64,000 bases of DNA from Vicugna vicugna (lineage: Eukaryota), in contig MU058289.1 in assembly GCA_013265495.1 (NCBI GenBank), positions 1,054,001 to 1,118,000 on the forward strand. The letters are read 5' to 3'. Shown piece after piece: positions 37,060 to 51,199 of the stretch (positions within the stretch are counted from its first letter, which is position 1; the number at the start of each line of letters is the position of its first letter). A program made the position numbers and the translations under genes. The notes under the pieces are model-generated. The model did not search any database. It was not told the DNA's origin and worked only from the letters and a program-made list of their open reading frames with translations.

Positions 37060-40000
37060 TTTTTTAAACTTTCTTTTTTAGAGCAGTTATTAGCTTACAG
37101 AAAAGTTAATAGAAAATATATAAAGTATCCATAGCTACCTCCTCTCCTTCATCTTCCCCTCCTCCACACACCATTTCCCCCATAATTAACCTCTTGTATT
37201 AGTGTGGTGTATTTGTTACAATATAGAAAGAGCCAACACTGACACTATTATTAACTAAAGCCCACAGTTTGTATTAGGCGTCACAAATGCATAATGACAT
37301 GTATTAACCATTACAGTATCATACAGAATAATTTTATCTGCCCTAAAAATCCTCTGTGCTCCACCAATTCATCTCTCCTTCCCTTTTCCTAACCCAATGG
37401 CAAAAACTGAAATTCTTATTGTATCCTTGGTTATGCCTTTCTAGAATGTGATATAATTGGAATCATACAGTATGTAGCTTTCTTGGATTGGCTTCTTTCA
37501 CTTAATAGTATCCATTTAAGATTTCTCCATGTGTTTTAGTGGCTTGGTAGCTCATTTCTTTCTATCACTGAGTAATAATCCATGGTATAGATGTACCAGT
37601 TTGCTTTTCCATTCACCTGTTGAAGGGCATCTTTGTTTTGCTTGCAGATTTTGGCAATTATGAATAAAGTTGCTATAAACATTTGTGTTCAGGTTTGTAT
37701 AAATTTTCAGCTCACCAGGGTGAATATCAAGAAGCATGATTGCTGGATCATATGGCAAGGGTATGTTCTGTAAGAAACTGCCAAAATATACTCCAAAAAG
37801 TGCTATTTTGCATTCCCTCCAACAATGTGTAAGAGTTCCTGTTGCTCCACATGCTGTTACTGTTTTGGCTACTGGCCATTCTAGTTGTTGCATTGTGATA
37901 TTTCATTGTTCTTTTAATTTGTACTTCCCTAATGACACAAGAAGTTGATTATATTTTCATATGTTTATTTGCCATCTTTATATCTTCTTTGGTAACATGT
38001 CTGTTCTGATTTTTTGCACCCTTTTTAAATGAATTGTTTTCTTATTCTTGAGTTTTAAGATTTTTCTGTATTTTAGATACCAGTCCTTTATCACGTATAT
38101 GTTTTGCAAAGATCTTCTCCCAGTCTGTGGCTTGTCTTCTCAATCTTTTAACACTGTTTTGCATAGCATAAGTTTTTAATTTTAATGGAGTTCAAATTAT
38201 TTTTTCTTTCATGCACTATACATTTGGTGTTATATCTAAAAAGCATCACCAAACCTAAGGTCACCTCAATTCTCTGTTATCTTCTAAGAATTTTTGTGGG
38301 TTTTGTTTGTTTTCCACATTTAGGTTTGTAACCACTCTGAGTTAATTTGTGTGAAAGGTATAAGATCTGAGTCTAGATTCATTTTTTAGATATGGATGTT
38401 CACTTGTCCAGCACCAATTATGGAAAAGGCTATCATTTTTCCCATTGAGTTGCCTTTGCTCCTTGGTCAAGGATCAGTTGACTATATATGGGTTTATTTC
38501 TGGGCTCCCTATTCTGTTCCATCGATCTGTCAGTCTGTTCTTTCACCAATACCACACTGTCTTTATTATTGTAGCTTTATACTACATCTTGAAGTAGTAA
38601 GGTAATGTCAGTCCTTTGTTCTCCTTCAGTTATATGTTTGCTATTCCAGAACTCCTGCTTTTTCATATGAACTTAAGAATCAGTTTGTCAATATCTACAA
38701 AACAGCTTACTGGGATATAGACTCTGATTGCATTTAACCTATAGATGAAGTTGGGAAGACCTGACATCTTTACAATAATGAGTCTTCCTATCCATGAACA
38801 TGGGGTATCTCTTCCTTTATTTAGTTCTTCTTAGATTTCATTCATCAGAATTTTGTAGTTTTACTCATAAACACCATATATACATATCATTCACACATAC
38901 ATACATATATATATATGATTTATACCCAAGTATTTCATTTTGGGGGGAATGAATGTAAACGACATAGTGTTTTTAATTTTAAATTGTGTATTGCTGGTAT
39001 ACAGAACAGTAGTTTACTTCTATATATTAAGTCTTATCCTGCCACTTTGTTATAATTATTTATTAATTCCAGGAGTTTTTCCTTGATTCTTTGGAATTTT
39101 CTATAGACAATATCTGCAAACAAAGACATTTATTTTTTCCTTTCCAATCTGAATACTTTTACTTCTTTTTTTTTGTCTTATTGCCTAAATTAGAACTTCC
39201 ATTAATATGGTGAAAAGGAATGGTAAGGGGACATGTTCTCACCTTGTTCTTGATCTTAGCAGGAAAGCTTCCCGCTTCCCACCATTAAGTATGATGTTAT
39301 TTGTAGTTTTCTGAAGACTTTATAAGTTGAGCAAGTTCCCCTCTATTTCTGCTGTGCTGAGATTTTTTTAAAAACCATGAGTGGGTGCTAGACTTTGTCA
39401 TATGCTCATTATGCATTTATTGATATGATCATGTGATTTTTCTTCTTTAGCCTGTTAATGTGATGGATTGATTTTCCAGTGTTGAATCAGACTCTTAAAA
39501 GAACTAAATCCCACTTGGCTGTGGTGTATAATTCTTTTTATACATTGTATTAGGTTTGCTAATATTTTGTGGGTGGTTTTTCCAGATATGTTAATGAGAG
39601 GTATTGATCTATGGTTTTCTTTTCTTGCAATGTCTTAGTCTAATTTTGGTATTAGGGCAATGCTGACCTCATAGAATTAGAAAGTATCCCCTCTGCTGTT
39701 ATCCTCGGAAAGAGACTGTACAGAGTTGGTATAATTTCTTCCTTAAATATGTGGTAGAATTCACCAGTGAATCCATTTGGGGCTAGTACTTTCTGTTTTG
39801 GAAAGTTATTAATTATTGATTCAATCTCTTTAATAGATAAGGCCTATTCAGTGTGTTTCTTCTGTGAGTTTTGGCGGACTGTGTCTTTTAAGGAATTGGT
39901 CAATTTTATCTAGGTTATTAAATTTGTGTGCATATAATTTTTCATAATATTCTCCTATTATCCTGTTAATGCTCACAGACTCTGTAGTGGTATCACCTCT

Positions 40001-41458
40001 TTTATATCTGGTATTAGTAATTTGTGTCTAATTACTAAATTAAGTAATTTAACTAAGTCTGGCCAGAAGTTTCTTGATTTTTATGAACATTCAAAGAACC
40101 AGCTTTTGGTTTTGTTGATTTTAGCCACTGATTTCCTGTTTTTAATATTATCAATTTCTGCTCGAATCCTTTTTTTTGCTTTATTTGGGTTTAATTTGCT
40201 TTTTCCATTCACTGAAGTTTCATGCTTAGATTACTGATTTTAGATTTTTAGATTTTTCTTCTTTTCTAATAATGATAATGAATTTCCCTCTTAGCACAAC
40301 TTTACTGCATCCCACAAATTTTAATAGATCTTGTTTTTATTTTCACTTATTTCAAAATATTTTAAAATTCCTCCTGAGATTTTCTCTTTAATGCATGTGT
40401 TATTTAGAAGTATGTGTTTAATTTCCACATATTTTGAGATATTCCAGCTATCTGTCTGTTTTTGATTTCTAGTTTAGTTCCATGGTAGTCTGAGAATGTT
40501 ATGCTATGTGATTTCTATTCTTTTAATTTTGTTAAGGTGTGCTTTATGGCTCAGAATTGGTTTATTTGGTGAATATTCCATGTGAACTTAAGAACACTAT
40601 GTATTGTACTGTTGTTGGATGAAGTATTCTATAGTTGTCATTTATACCTAGTTGACTGATGGTGCTCTTAAGTTCAACTATGTCTTTACAGATTTTATGC
40701 CTGCTAGATCTGTCCATTTTTTAGAGGAATGTTGAAATCTCCAACTATAATAGTGGATTCATCTATTTCTACTAGCAGGTGTATCATCTTTGTCCTGGGT
40801 TTTCATTTTCATTCAGTTAAAAATAGTTCTTAATTTCTTTTATTATTTAATGTTTGAATCTTCATTTATATGTTATCCAATTTCCAAATATTTAGAGACT
40901 TTTCTAGATCAGGTACTTTAATGATTTCGAGTACAATTCTCTTATAATAAGAGAAATATATTCACAATTTTAATTGCTTTAAATTTGTTGAGATTTTATT
41001 TCCTAGAACATGGTGATCTTGGTGAATGTGGGTACTTGAAAAAAAAGTGTATTGTACTGTAACTTTGATGGAGCATTCCATAAATGCAAATCAGTTCAAC
41101 TTAATTGACTATTTTCTTCAAGGGTTCTATATCCATACCAATTTTTCATTTGATTGTTCTATCAATCATTGAGATGACTGTTGAAATCTTTAATTATAAT
41201 TGTGGAGTAGTCTATGTTTTCCTTTAGCTTCTTACTCACTGACTTAAATAATTTAACTTTTGTTATTGGTGCATACATATTTATGATCATCATAATCTCT
41301 TGAGAAAAGGCCTCTTTATCATTTTTATATATGCTTGTCTTACCTTTGTAATATATTTTGTTGATAAACCTACCTTGTATGAGTTTACTATAGGTATACT
41401 ACCTTTGTTTGAATTAGTGCTAGCATAGCATATCTTTTTCCAACACCTTACTTTCATT
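37060..41458 (-). mobile_element. Old L1MB-like elements (3'UTR and ORF2), antisense
   Basis: T-tract with L1M 3'UTR at ~37060-37950, followed by continuous decayed ORF2 antisense sequence. Confidence 0.8.
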
Positions 41459-41472
41459 TAACTTTTGATTTT

Positions 41473-44400
41473 TTTAATTCTTATTTTTTATTGAAATGTA
41501 GTCAGTTTATAATGTTAGTTTCAGGTGTATAGCAAAGCAATTCAGTTATACATATACATACTTTTTTTTCCAGATTCTTTTCCATTACAGCTCATTAGAA
41601 GAAACTGAATATAGTTTCCTATGCTATACTGTAGGTCCTTGTTCTTTATCTATTTTTTTTGGCATTCTTTTTTATTGTAATCAGTTTACAATGCTGTGTC
41701 AACTTCTGGTGTACAGCATAATGTTTCAGTCATACATATACATGCATATATTTGTTTTCATATTCTTTTTCATTATAGGTTACTGCAAGATTCTGAATAT
41801 AGTATTCTATAGTTGTCATTTATACCTAGACATCTATTTTATATACGGTAGGTAGTATCCGCAAATTTCAAACTCTCAATTTATCCCTTCTACCCCCTTT
41901 ACCCTCTGGTAGCCATAAGTTTGTTCTCTATGTCTGTGAGTCTGTTTCTGTTTTGTAAATAAGTTCATTTTGTCTTCTTTTTTTTTTTAGATTCCACATA
42001 TAAGCAATATCATATGGTATTTTTCTTTCTCTTTCTGGCTTATTTCACTTAGAATGACGATCTCCAGGTCCATCCATGTTGCTGCAAATGGTGTTATTTT
42101 ATTCTTTTTATGGCTGAGTAGTATTCCATTGTATATATATATAAAAACCACATCTTCTTTATTCAGTCATCTGTCAATGGACATTTAGGTTGTTTCCGTG
42201 TCTTGGCTATTGTAAATAGTGCTGCTATGAACATTGTGCCTTTTCAAATTATATTTTTCTCTTTATATGCCCAGGAGTGGGATTGCTGGATCATATGGTA
42301 AGTCTATTTTCAGTTTTTTAAGGTATGTCCATACTGTTCTTCATAGTGGCTGCACCAATTTACATTCCTACTAACAGTGTAGGAGGGTTCTCTTTTCTCC
42401 ACACTCTCTCCAGCATTTATTATTTGTATATTTTTAACAATAGCTATTCTAACTGATGTGAGGTGATACCTCATTATGGTTTTGATTTGCATTTCTCTGA
42501 TAATTAGTGATGTGGAGCATATTTTCACATGTCTGTTGGCCATCTGGATGTCTTCTTTAGAGATATGTCTATTTAGGTCTTCTGCCCATTTCTTGATTGG
42601 TTTGCTTGTTTTGTTTTGTTTTGTTTGTTTGTTTTGTTTTTCTTATTAAGCTGTATGAGCTGTTTGTATATTTTGGAAATTAGTCCCTTGTCAGTCACAT
42701 CATTTGCAAATATTTTCTCCCATTCTGTAGGCTGTCTTTTCATTTTATTAATGGTAGCCTTAGCTGTGCAGAAGCTTTTAAATTAGGTCCCATTTGTTTA
42801 TTTTTGCTTTTATTCCCATTACTCTAGGAGCTGGTTCAAAAAATATTGCTGTGATTTATGTCAAAAAGTGTTCTGCCTATGTTTTCCTATAGGAGTTTTA
42901 TAGTAACTGGTCTTACATTTAGGTCTTTGATCTATTTTGAGTTTATTTTTGAATATGATGTGAGAGAATGTTCTAATTTCATTCTTTTACAGGTAGCTGT
43001 TCAGTTTTCCCAGCACCACTTATTAAAGAGACTATCTTTTTTCCATTGTATAGTCTTGCCTCCTTTGTCATAGACTAATTGACTGTAAGTGCATGGGTTT
43101 ATTTCTGGACTTTCTATCCTGTTCCATTGATCTGTGTCTGGTTTTGTGCCAGTACCATACTGTTTTGATTACTGTAGCTTTGTATTAGAGTCTGCAGTCA
43201 GGGAGCATGATTCCCCCAGCTCCATTCTTCTTTCTCAAGATTGTTTTGGCTATTCAGGGTCTTTTGTGTTTCTGTACAAATTTTAACATTTTTTTTGTAC
43301 CAATTCTGTGAAAAATGCCATTGGTAACTTGACAGGGATTGCACTGAATTTGTATACTGCCTTGGCCATTTTAACAATATTGATTCTTCCAATCCAAGAA
43401 CACGTTATATCTTTCCATCTGTTTGTGTCATCTTCGGTTTCTTTCATCAGTGTCTTATAGTTTTTGGAGCACGGGTCCTTTGCTTCTTTAGGTAGGTTTA
43501 TTCCTAGGTATTTTATTCCTTTTGATGTGATGGTAACTGGGATTGTTTCCTTAATTTCTTTTTCTGCTACTTCATTGTTAGTGTATAGAAATGCAACTTA
43601 TTTCTGTATATTAATTTTGTATCCTGCAACTTTACCAAATTAATTGATGAGCTCTAATTGTTTTCTGCTAGTGTCCTTAGGACTTTTTTATGTATAGTAT
43701 CATGTCATTTTTACTGATAGTTTTACTTCTTCTTTTCCAATTTGGATTTCTTTTATTTCTTTTTATTCTCTGACTGCTGTGGCTAAAACTTCCAAAACTA
43801 TGTTGAATAAAAGTGACAAGAATGGGCATCCCATCTTCTTCCTAATCTTAGAGGAAATGCTTTCAGCTTTTCACCATTAAGTATGATGTTAGCTGTGGGT
43901 TTGTATGTAGGGCCTTTATTATGTTGAAATATATTCCATCTATCCCACTTTCTGAAGAGTTTTTTAAATCATAAATGGATGTTGAATTTTATTAAAAGCT
44001 TTTTCTATATGTACTGAGATGATCATATGGTTTTTAGTCTTCAATTTGTTAATGTGGTGTATCACACTGATTTGTGGATATTGAAAAATCCTTTCTTCCC
44101 TGGGATAAATCCTACTTGATCATGCTGTATGATACTTTTAATGCACTGCTGGAGTTGATTTGCTAGTTTTTTTTTGAGGATTTTTGCATCCATATTCATA
44201 AGTGCTATTGGCTTGTAATTTTCTTTTTTTGTGGTATCTTTGTCTGGTTTGGGTGTCAGGATGATGGTAGCCTCATAGAATGAGTTCAGAAGTGTTCCTT
44301 TCTCTGCAATTTTTTGGAATAGTTTCAGAAGAATGAGTATTAACTCTTCTCTAAATATTTCATAGAATTTGCCTGTGAAGCCATCTGGTCCTGGACTTTT

Positions 44401-45712
44401 GTTTCTTGGAGTTTTTAAATTACTTAACAGTCTATCCTTTGTTCTTTCTAATCTCAGTAATTGTATTCTTCAACTCTGGATGTTCTTTACACTTTCTTTT
44501 TGCTAAAAACTTCACTCTGTGCATCTATTCTCCTCCTGAGTTCTCTGATCATCTTCACAATCATTACTCTAAACTCTTTCTCGAGTAGATTGTCTATCTC
44601 CTTATCACTTATTTCTTCTTCTAGGATTTTATCTTGTGCCTTTGCCTGGAACATATTCCTCTGCTGTCTCATTTTTCCTAAACTTCTATTTGTATCTTTA
44701 TGTAGGTTAGTTATGTTTCTCTACCTTGGAGAAGAGGCATTCTGTATGAAACATCCCATGCATCCCAGCAATACACTCCCCTCTTGTCACTCAAGGTCGG
44801 TCCAGCTGATCCCAGAGTAGAGTCAAGCCTACATTTGTGGACTACTTCCACAAGCTGTGGGATTGTTTTGTTTCTTCTGGTATCTGCCCCTTGGTGAGTG
44901 ATGCTGGACTAGAAGTTTGAACAGGTTTCCTGGCAGGAGGGGTAGGTCTAGCCCACTGCTGGGTGGAGCTGGTCCCTGGCCCTGTGGTGGGTAGACATGT
45001 CTAGAGGCATGTCTAGAGGCAGCTGTGGGCTCAGGAAATCTGCTGATGGGTAGGACTGCATTCCTAACCAGTATGTTGCTTGGCCTGAGGCTTTAAGCCT
45101 ACAGGCTGTTGGGTGGGGCCAGGTCTTGGTGCCAATGACCCAAGAAAGATGTCAGCTTCCAGGAAAGCTCATGTAGATGAACACTTTCCGAATGTCTGCC
45201 ACCAGCTTTCATGTCCCCAGGGTGAGCCACAGCCACCCCACCACCTCCCAGAGAGACCCTCCAAAGTCAGTAGGCAGGCCTGGCCCAGGTTTCTACGAAA
45301 TTGCTGCCTCTGCCCTTGGCCCCAGCACATGTGAGATTCTGTGTGTGCTTCCCAAGAGAGTGAAGTCTGTTTTCCCTAGACCCATGGAGCTCCTATAATT
45401 AAGCCCCGCTGGCCTTCAAACCAGATGTTCTGGGGGCTTCTCCTCCCAATGCCGGAATCCTGGGCTGAGGAGCCTGACGTGGAGCTCACAACTCTCACTC
45501 CTTTGGGAGGGCCTCTGCAATATAATCTTTCTCCAGCTCGTGCATCGCCCACCTAGGAGGTATGAGCGCAATTATATTGCGAGCACACCCCTCCTACCAT
45601 CTGGCTGTAGTTCCCTCCTTATGTCTCCAGTTTAAGATCTTTTTTTGCTAGATTTCAGTCTTTTTTAATCAATGGTTGTTTAGCAGTCAGTTGTGGTTTT
45701 GTTGTGCTTGTA
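41473..45712 (-). mobile_element. Younger L1 with 5'UTR, start of ORF1, large internal deletion, ORF2 3' half and 3'UTR, flanked by a 14-bp TSD
   Basis: TSD taacttttgatttt at 41459-41472 and 45713-45726. ORF1 start MRQQRNMFQAKAQDKILEEE (44672). ORF2 peptides [24 protein letters not shown]1-to-ORF2 junction near 44410-44430. Confidence 0.85.
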
Positions 45713-45726
45713 TAACTTTTGATTTT

Positions 45727-46535
45727 GAGATGAAAAAACTGTAGATTCACATGCAATTGTAAGAAACAACAGAGATAACCCAAAAGTTTCTCCCTTGGTA
45801 CTATCTTAGATAACTATAATACAACACCAAAACCAGGAAACTGACATGATACAATTCACCAAGATCACTCATATTGCAACAGTTTTATATATACTAACTT
45901 GTGTGTGTGTGTGTGTATGTTTATGTCCATACAATTTTGTCAAATGTAGATCAATGTAACCACTACTACAGTCAAGATACAGAACTGTTCCATCTTAAGG
46001 AACCCTTTTATGACCACAGGCACCTTCCTACCTCCTCATTTCCCTACTCCTTCCCTGGCAACCACTAATTTGCTCATCTCTATAATTTTGTGATTTGAAA
46101 TGTTATATAAATGGTATCATACACTTTATGATCTATTGAGCTTGGCTCTTTCCACTTACTGTAATTTCTTTGAGAATTATTTGAGTTGTAGGATGTATCA
46201 AGAGTTTGGTAATTTTTATTGCCAAATAGTATAGATGGACCACAGTTGTCCATTTATACAGTGTGTTTAACCATTCACCCACTGAAGGACACTAGAGTTG
46301 TTTCCAGTTTGGGTATATTATAAACAAAGTTACTATGAATATTTGTGTACAAGTCTTTGCATGAACATAAGTACCCTTGAATTGAGCTGAACAGTTAAGA
46401 GTGAAATTGCTAGATAATATGGTAAGTACATGTGTAGTTTTGTAAGATGCCACATACTCTCTTTCAGTTAGTGTATCATTTTACATGCTGACCAGCAATG
46501 TATCAGTGATTCATTTTCTCCATACCTTCACCAGT
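45727..46535 (-). mobile_element. L1MC-like 3' end
   Basis: gtagattcacatgcaattgtaagaaacaacagag...cctggcaaccactaatttg motifs. Confidence 0.65.
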
Positions 46536-47129
46536 TAGGCAGTCCTCTAACTTTGGCAGGCCAAGAAATGTGGTTTAAGGGGGACCAGGATGAGTCCAGG
46601 CAGCTGAAAGGGCAATGGTGCTTTTTCCATGGCCTGGGATTCTACACCATCACAGTCCTGATGAAGGTGGTTGTTGGGTATCATCTGGAACCTGCTTTTA
46701 CATCCTTCCTCTGAAGCTCTACATGCCACTGACATAGGGTAGGATTTGATCCTGGTGCTTGCTGCAGACTTCTAAGAGGCTGGCAGCAAGGGTAAATTAA
46801 CCAAAGCACAAGGATTTTTTTCTTTATCCTTTAACTTTTAACTCCATTTCTTTATATTTAAAAAACTTTAGTAGATAGTATGTAGTTGGATTTGTATTTC
46901 TATCCAATATGGAAATGGCTGCCTTTTAGAGTATTTATACCATTTATATCTAAAGCAATTATCACTATGGCTGGGCTTAAAGCTACCAACATTCCTGGCT
47001 TTTATTTTTCCACTCTGTTCTTCCTTCTTTCTCTTTTCTGCATTTTTTTATATTAACTGAGGTTTAATGTTCTGTTTTATCAAATATATTGGCTTTTTAC
47101 ATGTACAATTTCTAAAAAAGTGATTACTC

Positions 47130-47345
47130 TAGTAAAGTAGTTCTCAATCAGGGGTGATATTTGGCAATGTCTAGAGAGAGTTTTATTGTCCAAACAAGTC
47201 AGGAAGTGGGGATGGGCCCTATGGGATCTACTGGACAGAGGCCAGAGGTGCTGCTAAGCATTTGAGGATGTACAGACAGTGATACACAACAAGTAATTAT
47301 CTGGTCCAAAATGTCAATGGTGCTAAGGTCAAGAAATCATGCTCT
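47130..47345. mobile_element. MER20-like hAT DNA transposon relic
   Basis: gtagttctcaatcaggggtgat...tttggcaatgtctagag...ccaaaatgtcaatggtgctaaggtcaagaaa. Confidence 0.65.
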
Positions 47346-48119
47346 CTAAGGTTTAAAATAAACTCCTTTAACTTATCCTGGTCTACCAGGAAATAATATT
47401 AAAACTTCACATATATAACAAGAAACTAAAAAGAGTATACTTCCATTTCTACCTCCTATTCTTTTGCTATTGTTGTCTTACAATTCACTTCTTCAAACCC
47501 AAGATTCATTGCTAATATTTTTGCTTTAAATAATCAGTTATATTGTAAAGAGATTAAAAGTGAAAAAGTCTTTTATTTCACTCACATATTTTCTATTTCC
47601 TCCCCCACATCAGTCCTTTGTGTAATGTAAATTTCCATCTAGTATAATTCTCTGTCTATAAATTATCTTTAACACTTCTTAGATTTTCTGGCAATGTATT
47701 GTCTCAAGAAAACACTACTCAATAATAAAAAGAATGAAGTACTCAAACACACAACATAGATGAATCTCCAAATAATTGTGCGAAATAAAAAAGGACAAAA
47801 ATACTTTATGATTCCATCTATATAAAACTTCAGAAAAAGCAAACAAGCCTAGAATGAAAGAGTAAATTTCCGATAATGGGGATAAGAAGCCAGGAAAGGA
47901 TACAGGAATTATAAAGGGTCATGAGGTAACTTTGGGGGTGTTCTATATATTCATTATCATGATTATGACGGTTTCATGGAGATAGATAGATAGATAGATA
48001 CATATATACATACATACATACATATATAAAACATATGATACAAAAACATCACATTTTAGGTCCAGGCTCACATAGGCACCAGTAGCAGGTGGTCCACATA
48101 CTGCTGCATTCTGAGAATT

Positions 48120-51040
48120 TGGGAGGAGTGACATCAGCAAGACAGCAGGATAGGAGACACCGGCCTTCATCCTCTAACAAAAAAACAACAAGCAGGCAGC
48201 TAGTCACAAGAGAAAATAGCTTTGAGAGGGCTCAAGATTCCAATTAAGAACCTATAGAAACATAATGGAGCAAAAAATGAATAACCTCACAGAATGGATT
48301 GCTGGGGAGACTGGCTTACCTCAAACATATGGAGATGGCTAAGAACAAAGAGGAAGGGCAGGGGCTATCAGTATCAGCCACAGGGCTGGTGCCATCATGG
48401 TCCCCCATGGTTTGCTCCATGGACGATCCTGTCAGTCTTTGCCATTGAGAACCTAAACATCCCCACAACAGCCACAGACTCCCCCACAGCTTTTACAGCA
48501 CAGAATCTTGTACTGTTCAGCAGTGCAGACTCCAACAGCTGTTCCACAGAGGAAACCAGCAGCTTTTGCCACTGGGGTAACCACAGCCATCACCACCCTG
48601 GAAGCCTCAGGGAGGGAGATGCTGCTGCATGTCCCACCTTAGAAAAAGCTGCTGCTATGCCACTGTGGGACCTGGACTGCCAGCTCCCACCATTCCCCTG
48701 CACATCCTAGACCCCAGAGCCCTGGCTGCTATGTGCGTGCCTGTACTTCTGACCCTGATAAGCAGCTTCTCTATAGGTGTTCACACTTCAGGCACAAGCC
48801 ACTGCTGCTGCAAGCTGGCTAACGGCACAGAGCCACAGCTGCTCTGTGAGCACACAGGCCCGAGTATCCCCTCTGCTGCTGCTCCATGCACACCCATGCC
48901 TCTGACACTGGAGTCACCACACCTTCAGGCCAGCCAGTGCACCAGACCCCAGGGCCACTGTTTCTCTGTGAGTACCCATGCTCCAGACTCCAACTCCACG
49001 CATCAGACACCAGTGCTACCACCACTGCGAGGGTGCTTGCAAGCCAGATCTGGCACTAAGAGGGATCCCCTTGGCCACAACATACTCCATGGGAGAAAAA
49101 GAGATCAAGAGGTTCTCAGGACTTTTGCCACCAAAGACCCCAATGATCCTCACCTGCAACACTGGCTGTTGAGGACCCCAGCAATCTTCACTGCCACTGA
49201 CCTTAGTCTTAACAGAACAAAGATCAGAGCAGAAATAAATCAGATGTAGACTAAAAAGACAACAGAAAAGACCAACAAAACTAAGTTTTTCAAAAAATAA
49301 ATAAATAAAATGGATAAGTCTTTAGCTAGACTTAATAACAGAGAGAATACTCAAATAAATAACATAAAAAAAGAAAGAGGAGACATTACAACTGACATTG
49401 CAGAAATACAAAGGGTCACAAGAGAATGCTATGAACTATTAGCAACAAATTGGACAACCTAGAAGAAATAGATAAATTCCTAGAAACATACAACCAACCA
49501 AGACTGAATCATGAAGAAGTGGAAAACCTGAATATATCTATATCTAGTAATGAGATTAGATCAGTAATAAAAATTCTCCCAACAAATAAAACCCATGAAC
49601 AGATGAATTCACTGCTGAATTCTACTAAACATTAAAATAAGACTTAACGCCAATCATTATCAAACTCTTTCAAAAAACTGAAGAAGAAAGTATAGTTTCA
49701 AACTTATTTTACAAGACTAGCAATACTTTGATACCAAAGCCAGGCAAATACACAATAAGAAAAGAAATGATAAGTCATAATGAACACAGATGTAAAATTT
49801 GAACAGAATACTAGCAACTCAAATCCAACAGCACATTAAAAGGATCATAAGCAATGATCAAGTGGGATTTATTCCAGGTATGCAAGAATTGTTCAACGTA
49901 CACAACTCAAGAAATGAGATATACCACATTAACAGAATGAAGGATAAAAATCACATGATAATAAAAGCAGATTAAGGGAAAACATTTAACAAATTCAACA
50001 AATTATACCTCAATAAAGTTGGGGGAAAACACCAACTTATTTAAGTATGTACAGTTTACATTAATTATATCTCAACAGTGATTTTTAAAAATGGTTTTAT
50101 GTAAAGATTAGGAGCTCCTACCCCTCTTAAAAAACCCAATTTGGCAAACTTGTATACAACTCCACCATAACCTCCTCATTGCTTGGGAGGGGCGGCCCTG
50201 CTGCAACAGAAGCAAAGACTAGCAGGCAATGAAGGATGTTTCACCCAATCACAACAGCAAAAAGAAAAACAAATTTCAAAAAATTAAAACAGTCTAAGAA
50301 ATCTCTAGGATAACAGTAAATGTACGAACATTCACATTATAGGTGTCCCAGAATGAGAAGAGAGAGAGGAAGGGATTGAAAAATATATTTGAGAAAATTA
50401 TGCCTGAAAACTTCCCAAACCTAAAGGAAACAAGACACCCAGGTACAGGAAGCACAGAGGATCCCAAACAAGATGAACCCAAAGAGACCACACCAAGACA
50501 TACCATAATTAAAATGGAAAAAGTTAAAGATAAAAGGAGAATTCCAAAGGCAGCAAGAGAAAAGCAACGAGTCATATACAAAGGAATCCCCATAAGGCTA
50601 TTAGCTGACTTCTCTGAAGAAACTCTGCCAGAGGGAGTAGCATGGTATGTTCAAAGTGCTGAAAGGGAAAAACCTGCAGCCTAGGATACTACCTGGCAAG
50701 GCTGTCATTTAGAATTGAAGGAGAGATCAAGAATTCCTCAGACAAGCAAAAATTAGAGTTCATCAATACTAATCTTATTCTGAAAGAAATGTAAAGGGCA
50801 TCTCTAGGTGTTAAAGAAGTAAGAATCTACAGGAAAGGAAAATCCCAGTAGGAAAGGCAAAGCGAGGACTGAGGACCAACCACTTAAATAAGCCAGTAAA
50901 AAGATTAGAAGTTAAGAAATGTAAAAGGCAACTACAACTACAATAAAAAGTTAAGGGATAAACATAAGATGTAAAGTATGACATCAAAAACACAAAATTG
51001 GAGGGAGGAGGAGTAAAACATGTAGATCTTTGATAATGTG
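48120..51040 (+). mobile_element. Composite L1 pieces (5'UTR joined to ORF2 fragment, then an ORF1 fragment)
   Basis: 5' end acatcagcaagacagcagg. ORF2 peptide MDNLEEIDKFLETYNQPRLNHEE. ORF1 peptide NIFEKIMPENFPNLKE...KGIPIRLLADFSEETL. Confidence 0.8.
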
Positions 51041-51175
51041 GTTCGAGCTGGCCAGGAGGTCCTTTCCACCATCCATCCACACGTGTAAAGGGATTCACTG
51101 ACATGTGGACCCTGCAGCTGTTAACAAAGTCCTGCAGTCACCCCATCTGAGGTGTTTCTCTCTACTCTACAATCT
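51041..51175 (-). pseudogene. Remnant of a KRAB-ZNF last-exon spacer (pre-finger linker)
   Basis: Minus reading ...REKHLRWGD / DFVNSCRVHMSVNPFT / GGKDLLASS resembles the [27 protein letters not shown] linker of ZNF792/ZIK1-type KRAB-ZNFs. It is cut by L1 near 51040. Confidence 0.6.
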
Positions 51176-51199
51176 CCTCATCCCCTACACGCACTACTC

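Noticed and set aside
46535..46800. Non-repeat-looking insert as the missing KRAB exon or a retrocopy
   Set aside because: No KRAB motif (VTFEDV/DVMLE) or other recognisable protein in the frames I read.
48294..49249. 138-aa and 206-aa ORFs as novel genes
   Set aside because: They lie in a GC-rich L1 5'UTR, and the longer one runs into L1 ORF2 (KIRAEIN).
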